From the sequence record ON529851.1: a DNA stretch of 64,000 nucleotides. One strand, given 5' to 3'. Position numbers and translations under genes: made by a program. Positions 52,878-61,345 of this stretch are shown piece after piece (position 1 is the stretch's first letter; each line of letters begins with the position of its first letter). Below the pieces are notes generated by a model that searched no databases, was not told where the DNA came from, and worked only from the letters and a program-made list of their open reading frames with translations.

Positions 52878-54586
52878 AGGCGCCACTTCGCTCCCTGCAT
52901 GGTGATGATCTGCCGGTGACCGTTGCGCAGGGTCACGACGTGGGAATGGGACCAGCCCGACAGGCCCTTGTTGTACCCCATGTCCAGCTTGGACGTGGTG
53001 CCCGCCACATAGGCCCCGTCGATGATCTGACAGGCGTGGGTGTGGCCGGTGGTCGACTTGGCGCCAGCGCGGGTGAACTGCTTGGGCGCCCCGCGCGCGC
53101 CATTGGCGCCCAGGTGGCCGTGCATGCCCTTCTCGATGTCCATGACCATGAAGGATTCGTCTTCACGGAGGAACCGAACGCCTTCGCAGGAGACGTCGTC
53201 GAAATGGTCGGTCAGGACGTATTCGAAGACCGAGAAGCCCTTCTCGCGCTCGCGGATCGACTGATAGGTGCGCCGCTGGCACGCCAGGAAGAACTCGGCG
53301 TTGCGCGGATCATGGCGATAGTCGGCTTCCTTGAGCCAGCGCTTCAGCGCCAGGTCGTGGTTGGATTCCACCACCACGGTCTGGCAGAAGTCCCGGCGCG
53401 TCTTCTGGATGAAGTCGCCGACCTCGTGCAGTTCGGTCTCCACCGAATCCGCGCCGTCCACGTAGAGCGAGAACATGTGGTGCGGATCGCGCAGGTTGTG
53501 GTGATTGCGCGCCTGGAAGTCGCAGACGTCGTGGAAGAATTGATACGACGGGCGCAGAGCGTCCAGGATCGGCATCGGATCGCCGGACGTAATCGTGTCC
53601 CAGCGGCGCCCTTGTCCCCGGCCCTTGTCGTCGAGCGGATAATAACCGAAGCAGGCCTTGGCGACGACGGGGTCGATCTGCGCGACGTGCAGGTCGCCCC
53701 AGTTGACGGAGGCGACGCGGTGGCGGCTGGTGATCACCGGCGTATTGCCCCGCGTCGACTTGTCCAGGCGCGTCTCGACGCGCACGTCCAGGTCCATGAA
53801 GGACCCGTCCGGCTCGGCGAACAGGTGCCGGCAGAAGAACTCGCCCTGGTCGTTCATCTCGACCAGTAGCGCCGCGACTTCATGGTGGAAGGCCGCCTTG
53901 ATGCCCGCCTTCTTCTTCACATAGTTCGGCAGGGTGATCGAGCCGGTGGTCATGTTCAGCTTGGTCGGGGCGTGCTTCATCGTCGGCACCGACTGAAGCT
54001 GGACCTTGGCGTGGGGGAAGATGCCCCAGCGATGCTTGGTGTAGGTCTCAAAGCCGCTGAGCGGATTGACCGCCGTCGGCTGGGTGTTCATCTCGCCGCA
54101 GTAGTCGATCTTGTCGCCCAGCCGGATGCGCTTGTTCGAGATATAGGGAATGACCCGGAAGTGGTGGCTGGGCTCCTTCTCGTTCTTGCCGCGATCGTCG
54201 CCGTCCTTGGCGTGGCCCCGGTACAGCTTCTTGTTGTAGGTGTAGCCCGAGATCATGATCTCGCACGGCCCGTCCTTGGCGAGGTGGTCCCGATAGACTT
54301 CCAGGTTGGTCAGGAAGTCCTCGTGGATCGCCGTTTCGGTCTGGGCCGAGGTCAGGATGAAGCGCCGGACGGTGCCGGGCTCCACCACGATCTTCTGCGG
54401 ATCGACCGGCGGGATGTAGCTGAACGGGTCGCGATGCACCTTGTGCAGGCGCAGTTGCAGGGTCGAGCGCGCCACGCCATAGTGGCGGCTGAACTGCCGC
54501 TGACCGCCCATGTCGGTGACGATGCGGTCAAGTTCCTCGGGCGAGACGGAGTCGAGGTCGAAGGACCCCTTGGCTTCAGCCGGCAA
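52874..54586 (-). CDS. T5 A1-like protein (HTH + calcineurin-like metallophosphoesterase)
   Basis: N-terminal HTH; ILTSAQ; GDLH, HD, SNHD, HGH.G.NGARG, GHTH. Confidence 0.75.
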   Translation of the reverse strand: MPAEAKGSFDLDSVSPEELDRIVTDMGGQRQFSRHYGVARSTLQLRLHKVHRDPFSYIPPVDPQKIVVEPGTVRRFILTSAQTETAIHEDFLTNLEVYRDHLAKDGPCEIMISGYTYNKKLYRGHAKDGDDRGKNEKEPSHHFRVIPYISNKRIRLGDKIDYCGEMNTQPTAVNPLSGFETYTKHRWGIFPHAKVQLQSVPTMKHAPTKLNMTTGSITLPNYVKKKAGIKAAFHHEVAALLVEMNDQGEFFCRHLFAEPDGSFMDLDVRVETRLDKSTRGNTPVITSRHRVASVNWGDLHVAQIDPVVAKACFGYYPLDDKGRGQGRRWDTITSGDPMPILDALRPSYQFFHDVCDFQARNHHNLRDPHHMFSLYVDGADSVETELHEVGDFIQKTRRDFCQTVVVESNHDLALKRWLKEADYRHDPRNAEFFLACQRRTYQSIREREKGFSVFEYVLTDHFDDVSCEGVRFLREDESFMVMDIEKGMHGHLGANGARGAPKQFTRAGAKSTTGHTHACQIIDGAYVAGTTSKLDMGYNKGLSGWSHSHVVTLRNGHRQIITMQGAKWRL

Positions 54587-55313
54587 AATACATCTCCGCC
54601 TTGGCGTGCGGGGCGGTCAGGGCCTTGCGCCAGTCCCAGACGTACCAGGCGTAGGAGAAGCGCGGGCTCTTGGAGTCCTCGCCCGCCTTCTTCTCGATCC
54701 AGACCGGACGGAAGCGCAGGGTGATCTTGGCGATGAAGGCGGGGTGGTCGATCAGGTGGGCGCGACCCTTGGCCGTGTCCCACTCATGGCGCATCAGCAT
54801 GGCGACGTAGCCCTGCTCGGCCTCCATCAACTCCAGCGCCTTCTCAACCGCCAGCACGGCTTCCTTGCCGTAGGGCGGGTTGGTGATGATGCAGTCCGGG
54901 CGGAAGCCCAGGGCCGCCTCGACCTCGGACATGGAGATCGGACGGGCGGGCGCTTCGTTTTTCGTGACTCCGCCGTCCAGCGTCGCCTTGTCGATCGTGC
55001 GCTCCCAGGCCGCCACGGCGATTTCGTGGGCGTCGCCGTCGGCGTAGATGTTGAAGAAGTCCAGCATCGCCGTGGGGTCGAGGCCCTCGTAGCGGTGAAT
55101 GTCGCTGGTGGCTTCCAGCCGGCACAGCGGGCCGACCAGTCGGGAAATGGCGCCGTTGCCGGCAAAGGGCTCCCAGAAGGCCATCTGCTCCAGGTCGTCC
55201 TCGACCACAGAGATGAAGGCCTCGGTCGCGCGGGCCGGGGTCGGGTAGAAGTCCAGGGCGTTCCGGGGGTAGTTCGTACCCCCCAGCATGGAGGGGTCTT
55301 GACGCGTGGTCAT
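54576..55313 (-). CDS. amino (N6A/N4C) DNA methyltransferase
   Basis: DFYPTP, WEPFAGNGAI, ITNPPY, YAWYVWD. Confidence 0.88.
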   Translation of the reverse strand: MTTRQDPSMLGGTNYPRNALDFYPTPARATEAFISVVEDDLEQMAFWEPFAGNGAISRLVGPLCRLEATSDIHRYEGLDPTAMLDFFNIYADGDAHEIAVAAWERTIDKATLDGGVTKNEAPARPISMSEVEAALGFRPDCIITNPPYGKEAVLAVEKALELMEAEQGYVAMLMRHEWDTAKGRAHLIDHPAFIAKITLRFRPVWIEKKAGEDSKSPRFSYAWYVWDWRKALTAPHAKAEMYFAG

Positions 55314-55867
55314 TCAGCAGGCCGTTTTGATGAAGGGGATGCGCGGTCGGAGCGCTTGCGGCCTTCTTGGTCTCACGATTAACCACGAACGTCAAGATTT
55401 ACGTCAATGGGAGTCAGTTACACTGGCACACTTGCGCCGGGGCCGCCCTTGGTCTATTCGGTGGGCTTCGAGAAGACGACGAGGATCGTCGAGCGTCTCC
55501 TGGCCGCGCATGGGTCAGGATCAACGCCGTCGTCTCAGGGAGACGCGGACCTAAGGCGATAGGGCTCCGCGTCAATGGGTGAAGTGAGGAACGGACGGCG
55601 CATCCGTGTTGGAGCCATAGTCCAGGTGGGCGATTCACTGCCTTACCCGGTCCGAGTCGCGGTGATCGAATACCGCCGCGTGACGTGACGCCGACCGACA
55701 GTAGAGGATGGCGTGACCTAAGGGGAGAGGCCCATGCAGGGCGGACCGCGTCGGACGCGGCCGCCGACTAGCCGGAGGGGCTGCACACCCGATGGACAGG
55801 ATCGCCCCGCCCGCGAAGAAGCGAATGGGGGATGACGCCGGCGCGGCCGACACAGACGACGCGCACG

Positions 55868-55900
55868 AAAAAGGCCCCGATCTTGCGATCGGGGCCTTTT
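55868..55900. terminator. bidirectional intrinsic terminator
   Basis: AAAAGGCCCCGATC/GATCGGGGCCTTTT 14-bp stem. Confidence 0.92.
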
Positions 55901-56451
55901 GAGTCGTGGCGGGGTCCTCGGTTTTCATCGTCGCGGCCGGCGTGCCTTTCGCTAAACGATCCCGCATCTCTTCGCGCCGGGCGGACCCGGACTACTTTAC
56001 CGCCGGCCCCCATACGGTGAACCTAGAAGGCAGGGCCTCAAGCGCATCCTAGCAGCGCCATAGCGGTGTGTGAGGAAGGACTTCTCACCTCACGACCTTG
56101 GAAGTGGACGACCGGGGAAGCGTCCCGCCGGCCTGGTCGTCCGGGCATTGCGCCCTTGAAAGCGAAACGGCAGGTGGGGACGGACCCGACCTGCCGCTCT
56201 GTGACCAGGGGAGAGGCGTACCTGTCCCGTTGGTCGGTGCGGCGGCGCATGGTCCGAAGACCAGAGGAGCCTGTGATCCGGGGTAACTCGAAAGTCCCGC
56301 GCGCTCACCCGCTGCTGTTTATTCTGATGCCCCGTCGTTCCAGCCGGGGACTGCGTGTGGCCGTCGCCAATACCGCCTTGGTCCGTTCCAGGAGCCACCC
56401 TGCCTGAGCAGTCGCCAGCGAAGCCGTACTATAAGCGCCTCGCCGAGAAGA
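55868..56451 (-). ncRNA. candidate ~585-nt structured ncRNA
   Basis: consensus promoter TTGACA-17-TATAGT (56486-56458) to terminator; several 6-8 bp hairpins; no credible ORF. Confidence 0.55.
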
Positions 56452-56503
56452 GGCCGGACTATAATCGTAGTTTTCTGTTATGTCAAGATCGACGGCAGAA
56501 AAA

Positions 56504-56863
56504 TTAGCGGCCGAAGCGGAAAAATCGCTTCAGCGGCGATTCCGTCTCGCGCTTGTATTGCTCGGCGTAGTCGGCCTTGCGTTTCTTGGTCTCGCCGACG
56601 GTGTCATGGCAATCCGCCCAGGCGCCGTGCAGGTCCCGATCGTAGGCGGCCTTGTCCTCATCCAGACGCGGCAGTCCCGGCGCGGGGCGCGGGGGCACGA
56701 CGGGCTCGTCCCGGCACTCGGTGATCGAGTCCGGGTAGAGGCTGTCAGGGGACAACAACACCGTCGGGCTGCTTGCGCAGGCCGACAGCAGCAGGCTGGT
56801 CGTCAGCAGGAGCGCCGCCAATCGGGCGGGCTTGCGCTTCCGCGCGGCGGTCGAGGGCTTCAT
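56504..56863 (-). CDS. o-spanin (Rz1-like lipoprotein)
   Basis: basic N-terminus, LLLSAC lipobox, Pro-rich; overlaps i-spanin in another frame. Confidence 0.8.
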   Translation of the reverse strand: MKPSTAARKRKPARLAALLLTTSLLLSACASSPTVLLSPDSLYPDSITECRDEPVVPPRPAPGLPRLDEDKAAYDRDLHGAWADCHDTVGETKKRKADYAEQYKRETESPLKRFFRFGR

Positions 56864-57278
56864 CTTGGGCTCCGTGATAGTCGGGTCGTTCGGCGGCGAT
56901 ACCGTCAAGGGCGGCGTCGTGTTTGCGGCCCTGGGGGGCCTGTTCAATCCGCGTGGTGATGCGGTCGTTCTGGGTGCGGCGCACGTCGCGCTGGGCGGCG
57001 CGCCGCGTCTGGGATTTCTGGGCGTCCTCGTCCGCCTGGGCCTGGCGGGCGGCGCCGGCGATCTGGGCCTCAAGGGCGTCGGCGCGCTTCTCCGAGTGGG
57101 CGAAGGCCAGGACCGCCAGAACCAGGCCCAGGACGAACCAGGTGCGGATGTCGGCCGCGATCTTCATGACGAACGCCGGCCCCACCGTGAACCACAGGGC
57201 GACCACGGCGGCGCAGACCGCCGCAATCGTCCACAGGGTGGCGGGGTTGAGCAGGAGGGCCAGAAGGATGGAGAACAT
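56745..57278 (-). CDS. i-spanin (Rz-like)
   Basis: N-terminal TM segments then Ala/Gln-rich coiled coil; follows endolysin. Confidence 0.75.
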   Translation of the reverse strand: MFSILLALLLNPATLWTIAAVCAAVVALWFTVGPAFVMKIAADIRTWFVLGLVLAVLAFAHSEKRADALEAQIAGAARQAQADEDAQKSQTRRAAQRDVRRTQNDRITTRIEQAPQGRKHDAALDGIAAERPDYHGAQDEALDRRAEAQARPIGGAPADDQPAAVGLRKQPDGVVVP

Positions 57279-57739
57279 CAGCGCTTGAACGTCACAGGGT
57301 GGATGCCCTGGCGATAGCCTGAGCCGTTGTAGGTCAGGTTCTGCTGGCGCATCCGGGGGTTGAAGGAGATGTGTACCCACCAGGCGCCGTTGGGCTTGCG
57401 CTCGTGGATCAACTGGTCGTAGTCCAGTTCGGAGGCGGCGATCTCGCGGCAGATCGCCAGGGGATCGCCGAAGCCGGGGCAGGTGAAGTCGACGGCCCAG
57501 CCCAGGGCGTGGTCGGAGTTGGGCACGCCGCCCACGGCGCGGTTGACGGCCGGGTTGCGGTAGGCCGAGTTGACCCGGATGGCGTTGTCGCCCAGCACCC
57601 AGCGCACCTGCTCCATCCGCTGGGCGGTCTGGCGCATATTCTCCAGGTGGGCTGGGGTCGGCATGTTGTCGTTGCGCAGACGAGCGGCGGCGTCTGACCG
57701 CACAAACTCTGCAAGCGTGAAATGGTCAGACAGGCGCAT
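57278..57739 (-). CDS. peptidase M15-family endolysin
   Basis: LSDHFTLAEF, SAYR, SDH..GWAVD, WVHIS. Confidence 0.9.
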   Translation of the reverse strand: MRLSDHFTLAEFVRSDAAARLRNDNMPTPAHLENMRQTAQRMEQVRWVLGDNAIRVNSAYRNPAVNRAVGGVPNSDHALGWAVDFTCPGFGDPLAICREIAASELDYDQLIHERKPNGAWWVHISFNPRMRQQNLTYNGSGYRQGIHPVTFKR

Positions 57740-58260
57740 CAGTCCGTCACCCCCGTGTCCGAGGCCTTGTCGTCATCGACAGAGGGCATGGGGCGTCCGC
57801 CCCGGAAATCATTGCGGCCGCCGAACCCGCCGTAGCCGCCTCCGAAGCCGCCGCCGCTGTAGTCGTCGTCCTTCTTGCCGCCGCCGAAGCCGTAGTCGAC
57901 GTTGCGCGAGGTGGACGGATCGACATCGGGATCGTCGGCGGTGGTGACCAGGGTCAGACCGGCGCCGCCCGGCCCCTTCAGCGACAGGCCCTTGATCGTG
58001 CCCAGCATCGAGATGATGACCAGGGCGAACAGGCCCAGGAAGATGTAGCCGTAGTTGATCAGGCCAGTGATGATCTGGGTCTGGAGGCCGTTGTATTCGG
58101 CCGTGTAGGTCACGGCGAACCAGACCAGCACGATGATCATGCCGACGAACAGCGGGAACAGCGACATGCCCGACAGGATGATCGACACGCGCTGGAGATG
58201 GTCCGGGCGATCGCACAGGACGTCCATGGTGTCGCGCATCCAGCGGAAGAAGCGGCTCAT
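57739..58260 (-). CDS. putative holin/antiholin (2 TM, Gly-rich acidic tail)
   Basis: two TM segments; between two lysins; TGATG coupling. Confidence 0.55.
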   Translation of the reverse strand: MSRFFRWMRDTMDVLCDRPDHLQRVSIILSGMSLFPLFVGMIIVLVWFAVTYTAEYNGLQTQIITGLINYGYIFLGLFALVIISMLGTIKGLSLKGPGGAGLTLVTTADDPDVDPSTSRNVDYGFGGGKKDDDYSGGGFGGGYGGFGGRNDFRGGRPMPSVDDDKASDTGVTD

Positions 58261-58307
58261 GTTGTGGCGCAGCCGCAGCGGCGACGGCGAGGTCGGCCAG
58301 CCGGACA

Positions 58308-58916
58308 TCAGCGGTAGGACCAGGCGGTCTGAAGCGACTGGGCGGCGGGGTGGCCGCCGTAGACCATCAGTTCGGCCAGGCGGCGGCGATAGAGCCCCAG
58401 CGCCCACTTGCCGTTGGCGTTGGACCAGCGGGCGAAGGCGATCTGGATGTTGACCGGTTCGGCCTTGGCCTTGGACTGCGCCGCCAGGCCCGACATGGAG
58501 ATGTTGCCGACCTTGCGGGCGCCCTGGGCGTGCAGACGCGCGACCGCCGAGGAGCGGAACCCGGCGGTGCCGATGTTGAAGCACATGGAGACCATGGCGT
58601 CGAACTCGCCCTGGTAGGTGCGGGCGTCGGCGATCCGGTTGACCTCGGCGACGTAGCGCTTGAGGTCGTCGGTCAGCAGGGCGTCGGCTTCGGCGACGGT
58701 GATGTGCTGTTTGCCGAACATCCGCTGCATGGCTTCGCGGGTCAGTTGATCCGCGCGCGGGCGGCCGAAGACGTCATAGTCGATGATCTGTCCCGTCGGC
58801 GTCGTCAGGGCGTGGCCCCAGCCGATGGTCGAGACGTGGGCCGAGCAGTAATAAGGCTCGGCCTCGAACTGCTCGGTGGACTGAATCAGCTTCAGCCCTT
58901 CCGAGGAAATTTGCAT
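58308..58916 (-). CDS. GH24 muramidase (lysozyme)
   Basis: E-x8-C-x5-T (EQFEAEPYYCSAHVST), TIGWGH, FDAMVSMCFNIG, GLYRRR.AE. Confidence 0.9.
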   Translation of the reverse strand: MQISSEGLKLIQSTEQFEAEPYYCSAHVSTIGWGHALTTPTGQIIDYDVFGRPRADQLTREAMQRMFGKQHITVAEADALLTDDLKRYVAEVNRIADARTYQGEFDAMVSMCFNIGTAGFRSSAVARLHAQGARKVGNISMSGLAAQSKAKAEPVNIQIAFARWSNANGKWALGLYRRRLAELMVYGGHPAAQSLQTAWSYR

Positions 58917-59016
58917 TGTAATGGAGACACGGGCTGTCAAAAAGTCTGGCAGATTGTGCCAGACATATTGACATTCGTCAAGAACTCCACTAGGGGCGCG
59001 CCCGCGTCGCGCCGAC

Positions 59017-60141
59017 TCAGTCCTCGGGCGGCAGCAGCGTCAGGCCCGGCGGCACGGGCGCGCGAGGATCGATCCCGGCGGCGGTCCAGGCCCGATGCGG
59101 CACCTGGAGCGTCGATCGCCCTTCCAGCGCGCGCTCCAGCGCCTGGCTGAAGCGGGGCAGGGCCAGGCCGGTGCCGTAGGTCCAGATGTGGTCGCCGTGC
59201 CGGCGCAGGCCGAAGGAGCCGATCTCAATGCCCGCCAGCATCAGATCGCGGCCCTCGTCGGTCTTCTCCTGGGACAGGGCGGCCTCTGGCGCGCCGAGGC
59301 GAAGCGCCAGTGCATGGGCGTCGGCCAGCATCGCCTTCCAGCCCGTGTCGCTGGCGTAGGTGGTGTCGTAGAGTTCGACCTTCATGAAGGTCGGAAAGTG
59401 CAGGTCGTCCTCGGCGTCGCCCAGCCGGAAGCAGGGCGTGCAGGCGACCATGGGGCCGTGGCCGATGGCGCCGTCTTTATCCAGGTGGAGGAAGGACTGT
59501 TCGGCGGAGCCCACCAGATAGCCCAGTCCCTCCACCCGCGCGGCGTATTCGGGGTTCGGGCAGGTGATGTCGACGGTGTCCTTGGACACCGCCCAGGGCG
59601 TCTCGACATAGCGGTAACCCTCGGCCTCGTAGAAGGCCAGGGCCTCGCCCAGCAGGGCGTAGTCGATGCGCGGCATCCGGGGCAGGTCTTTGTGAGCCGT
59701 GATGACAGGATGGCGCCCGCGCATCTGGCTGATCTCGTTGCGGATCACGCCGACCCAGCGCGACTGCTTGGGCGAGCCGGTCTCGGCGTGATCGATCGCC
59801 TCCAGCGGCTGGTCGTTGAGGTGCGCCAGCGGGGCCGACAGGCCGTAGCGCTTGTGAATTTGCGCGCGCACATAGTCGGGCCACTCAATATCGCTGGCCC
59901 GATAGAAGCGCCAGTCCGGCGGCGGCGGCGGGCTCGGACGGCGGACCTGCTCCGCCGCTATCAGGGCGCGCAGCTTGGCCTCCAGCTTGGGACCGTAGCC
60001 GGATTGGAACCAGGGCGTGGGCCGCGCCATCATGTCGTCCAGCGTCACCGTGGGGTGAAACTCCGAGGTGAAGACCGCCTCCTCGAACCGCTCCAGGTCC
60101 AGGTCGATCACAAAAACAGAACGCCAGTCAGCGTCGTCCAT
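59017..60141 (-). CDS. class II aminoacyl-tRNA synthetase-like catalytic core with unknown N-terminal domain
   Basis: GYRYVETPW (motif 1-like), GSAEQSF, TPCFR..FMKVE (motif 2-like), GIEIGS, GTGLALPRF (motif 3-like). Confidence 0.7.
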   Translation of the reverse strand: MDDADWRSVFVIDLDLERFEEAVFTSEFHPTVTLDDMMARPTPWFQSGYGPKLEAKLRALIAAEQVRRPSPPPPPDWRFYRASDIEWPDYVRAQIHKRYGLSAPLAHLNDQPLEAIDHAETGSPKQSRWVGVIRNEISQMRGRHPVITAHKDLPRMPRIDYALLGEALAFYEAEGYRYVETPWAVSKDTVDITCPNPEYAARVEGLGYLVGSAEQSFLHLDKDGAIGHGPMVACTPCFRLGDAEDDLHFPTFMKVELYDTTYASDTGWKAMLADAHALALRLGAPEAALSQEKTDEGRDLMLAGIEIGSFGLRRHGDHIWTYGTGLALPRFSQALERALEGRSTLQVPHRAWTAAGIDPRAPVPPGLTLLPPED

Positions 60142-60604
60142 TGACGAAAGCCCTTTCGGTGATGTCGGCCATGGTGTCCAGGTCCGCCATGGTGAGATTG
60201 AAGCGGGCGAGATAAGCCCGGATGGCGCCCTGGAGGTCCGCCAGTTCGACCAGGCCCATGATGGTGGCACCCTGCTGGACCGCGTCGGCGAACTCGGCCG
60301 CCTCTTCGATGATCTTGGAGGGTTCGCCGAGCACGCCCTTGGCGATCGGGGTCAGGTGGTAGCCCGGTCTAACTTCCTCAGCCGCCTCGAACGGCCTCAT
60401 CACCTGGGCGAACTCGTGGGCGGTCATTCCGCCGTCGTTCAGGCCGTCAAGGGCTGCGCTGGCATAGCGATCATATTGGTCTTTGTTCGGCCCTTCTCGC
60501 GACGTATCGCCGAACTCGCGCAGGCTCTCGTAGTCATGGCCGTCCCGGCGCGCGAGATGCGTCACGATTGCCGTGAACTGGCGTTGGTAGAGGTCGTCTA
60601 ACAT
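60128..60604 (-). CDS. MazG-like pyrophosphatase domain protein
   Basis: SKIIEEAAEFADA...VELADL. Confidence 0.65.
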   Translation of the reverse strand: MLDDLYQRQFTAIVTHLARRDGHDYESLREFGDTSREGPNKDQYDRYASAALDGLNDGGMTAHEFAQVMRPFEAAEEVRPGYHLTPIAKGVLGEPSKIIEEAAEFADAVQQGATIMGLVELADLQGAIRAYLARFNLTMADLDTMADITERAFVNGRR

Positions 60605-60635
60605 CCGCCACGGTTACGTCAGCGACCCGCTGGTG

Positions 60636-61265
60636 TCAAGCAACCTGACGGTGGTTGACGGGAATCTCGTCATCCGCCAGCAGGTCCGCCAGCGGGCGTT
60701 CCGGAATATAGGTCAGCGACGACGGCGTCGCGCGCACGATCTCGATCCCGCGTGCCTGGAGCGCCGCGATCAGGGGCGGATAGAGAGGGCCGAAGGCCTT
60801 GGTGTAGTTGGTTTCCTTGGTCGGCACCGGATGACCGGCGTGCCAATGGGAGGCCGTGCCGCCCTGGAACCCCATGTCGTAGCCCAGCAGGACGATCCGG
60901 GCGACGCCCAGGTGCAGACACAGGTTCAGCGCCATGTAGCCGCTGTCGTGTCCGGCGAGGTGTTCAGGATCAGTCGACAGCGCCGGGCCGCCGGCCTCGA
61001 AGCGCATGTCGCGGTAGAGGCGTTCGACCCGACGATCGACGGTCGGCGAGGGCGTGAGGATGCGGCCGGAGAAGGTCGGCGGCACGCGGTCGCGATGCCA
61101 GTCCCACCAGCGGGCGTCGGCGAAGAAGAGGATGTCGGGGTCGGGGACGATCTGGTAGGCGTTGTTCAACGCGATCGTGCGTCGGTCGCGCAGTCCGCTC
61201 AGGTCCATGCCCTTCAGGCTCGGCCCGCCGCCGATGATGTAAGCCGTCTCGCCGCGCCAGTCCAT
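60636..61265 (-). CDS. DUF115/CST-like Rossmann transferase
   Basis: IIGGGPSL, ALNNA, FFAD, SGYMALNL..HLG...I.LLGYDM. Confidence 0.7.
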   Translation of the reverse strand: MDWRGETAYIIGGGPSLKGMDLSGLRDRRTIALNNAYQIVPDPDILFFADARWWDWHRDRVPPTFSGRILTPSPTVDRRVERLYRDMRFEAGGPALSTDPEHLAGHDSGYMALNLCLHLGVARIVLLGYDMGFQGGTASHWHAGHPVPTKETNYTKAFGPLYPPLIAALQARGIEIVRATPSSLTYIPERPLADLLADDEIPVNHRQVA

Positions 61266-61345
61266 GCGTCCCCTCTGTCAACGATCGCCGTCAGAGCCCT
61301 CATAGAGGACCCGACGGCGATGTCAACAAGGACGGCAATGAAGGC

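Noticed and set aside
55407-55860. Short plus-strand ORFs (about 51 and 37 aa) between the MTase promoter and terminator
   Set aside because: Weak RBS and codon signal, no motifs; cannot be supported without expression data
27438-56000. Shared AGTAGTCCG in the 27.3 kb and 56 kb non-coding elements (group I S-element-like)
   Set aside because: A 9-mer match is expected by chance at these lengths; no P3/P7 order or flanking exons
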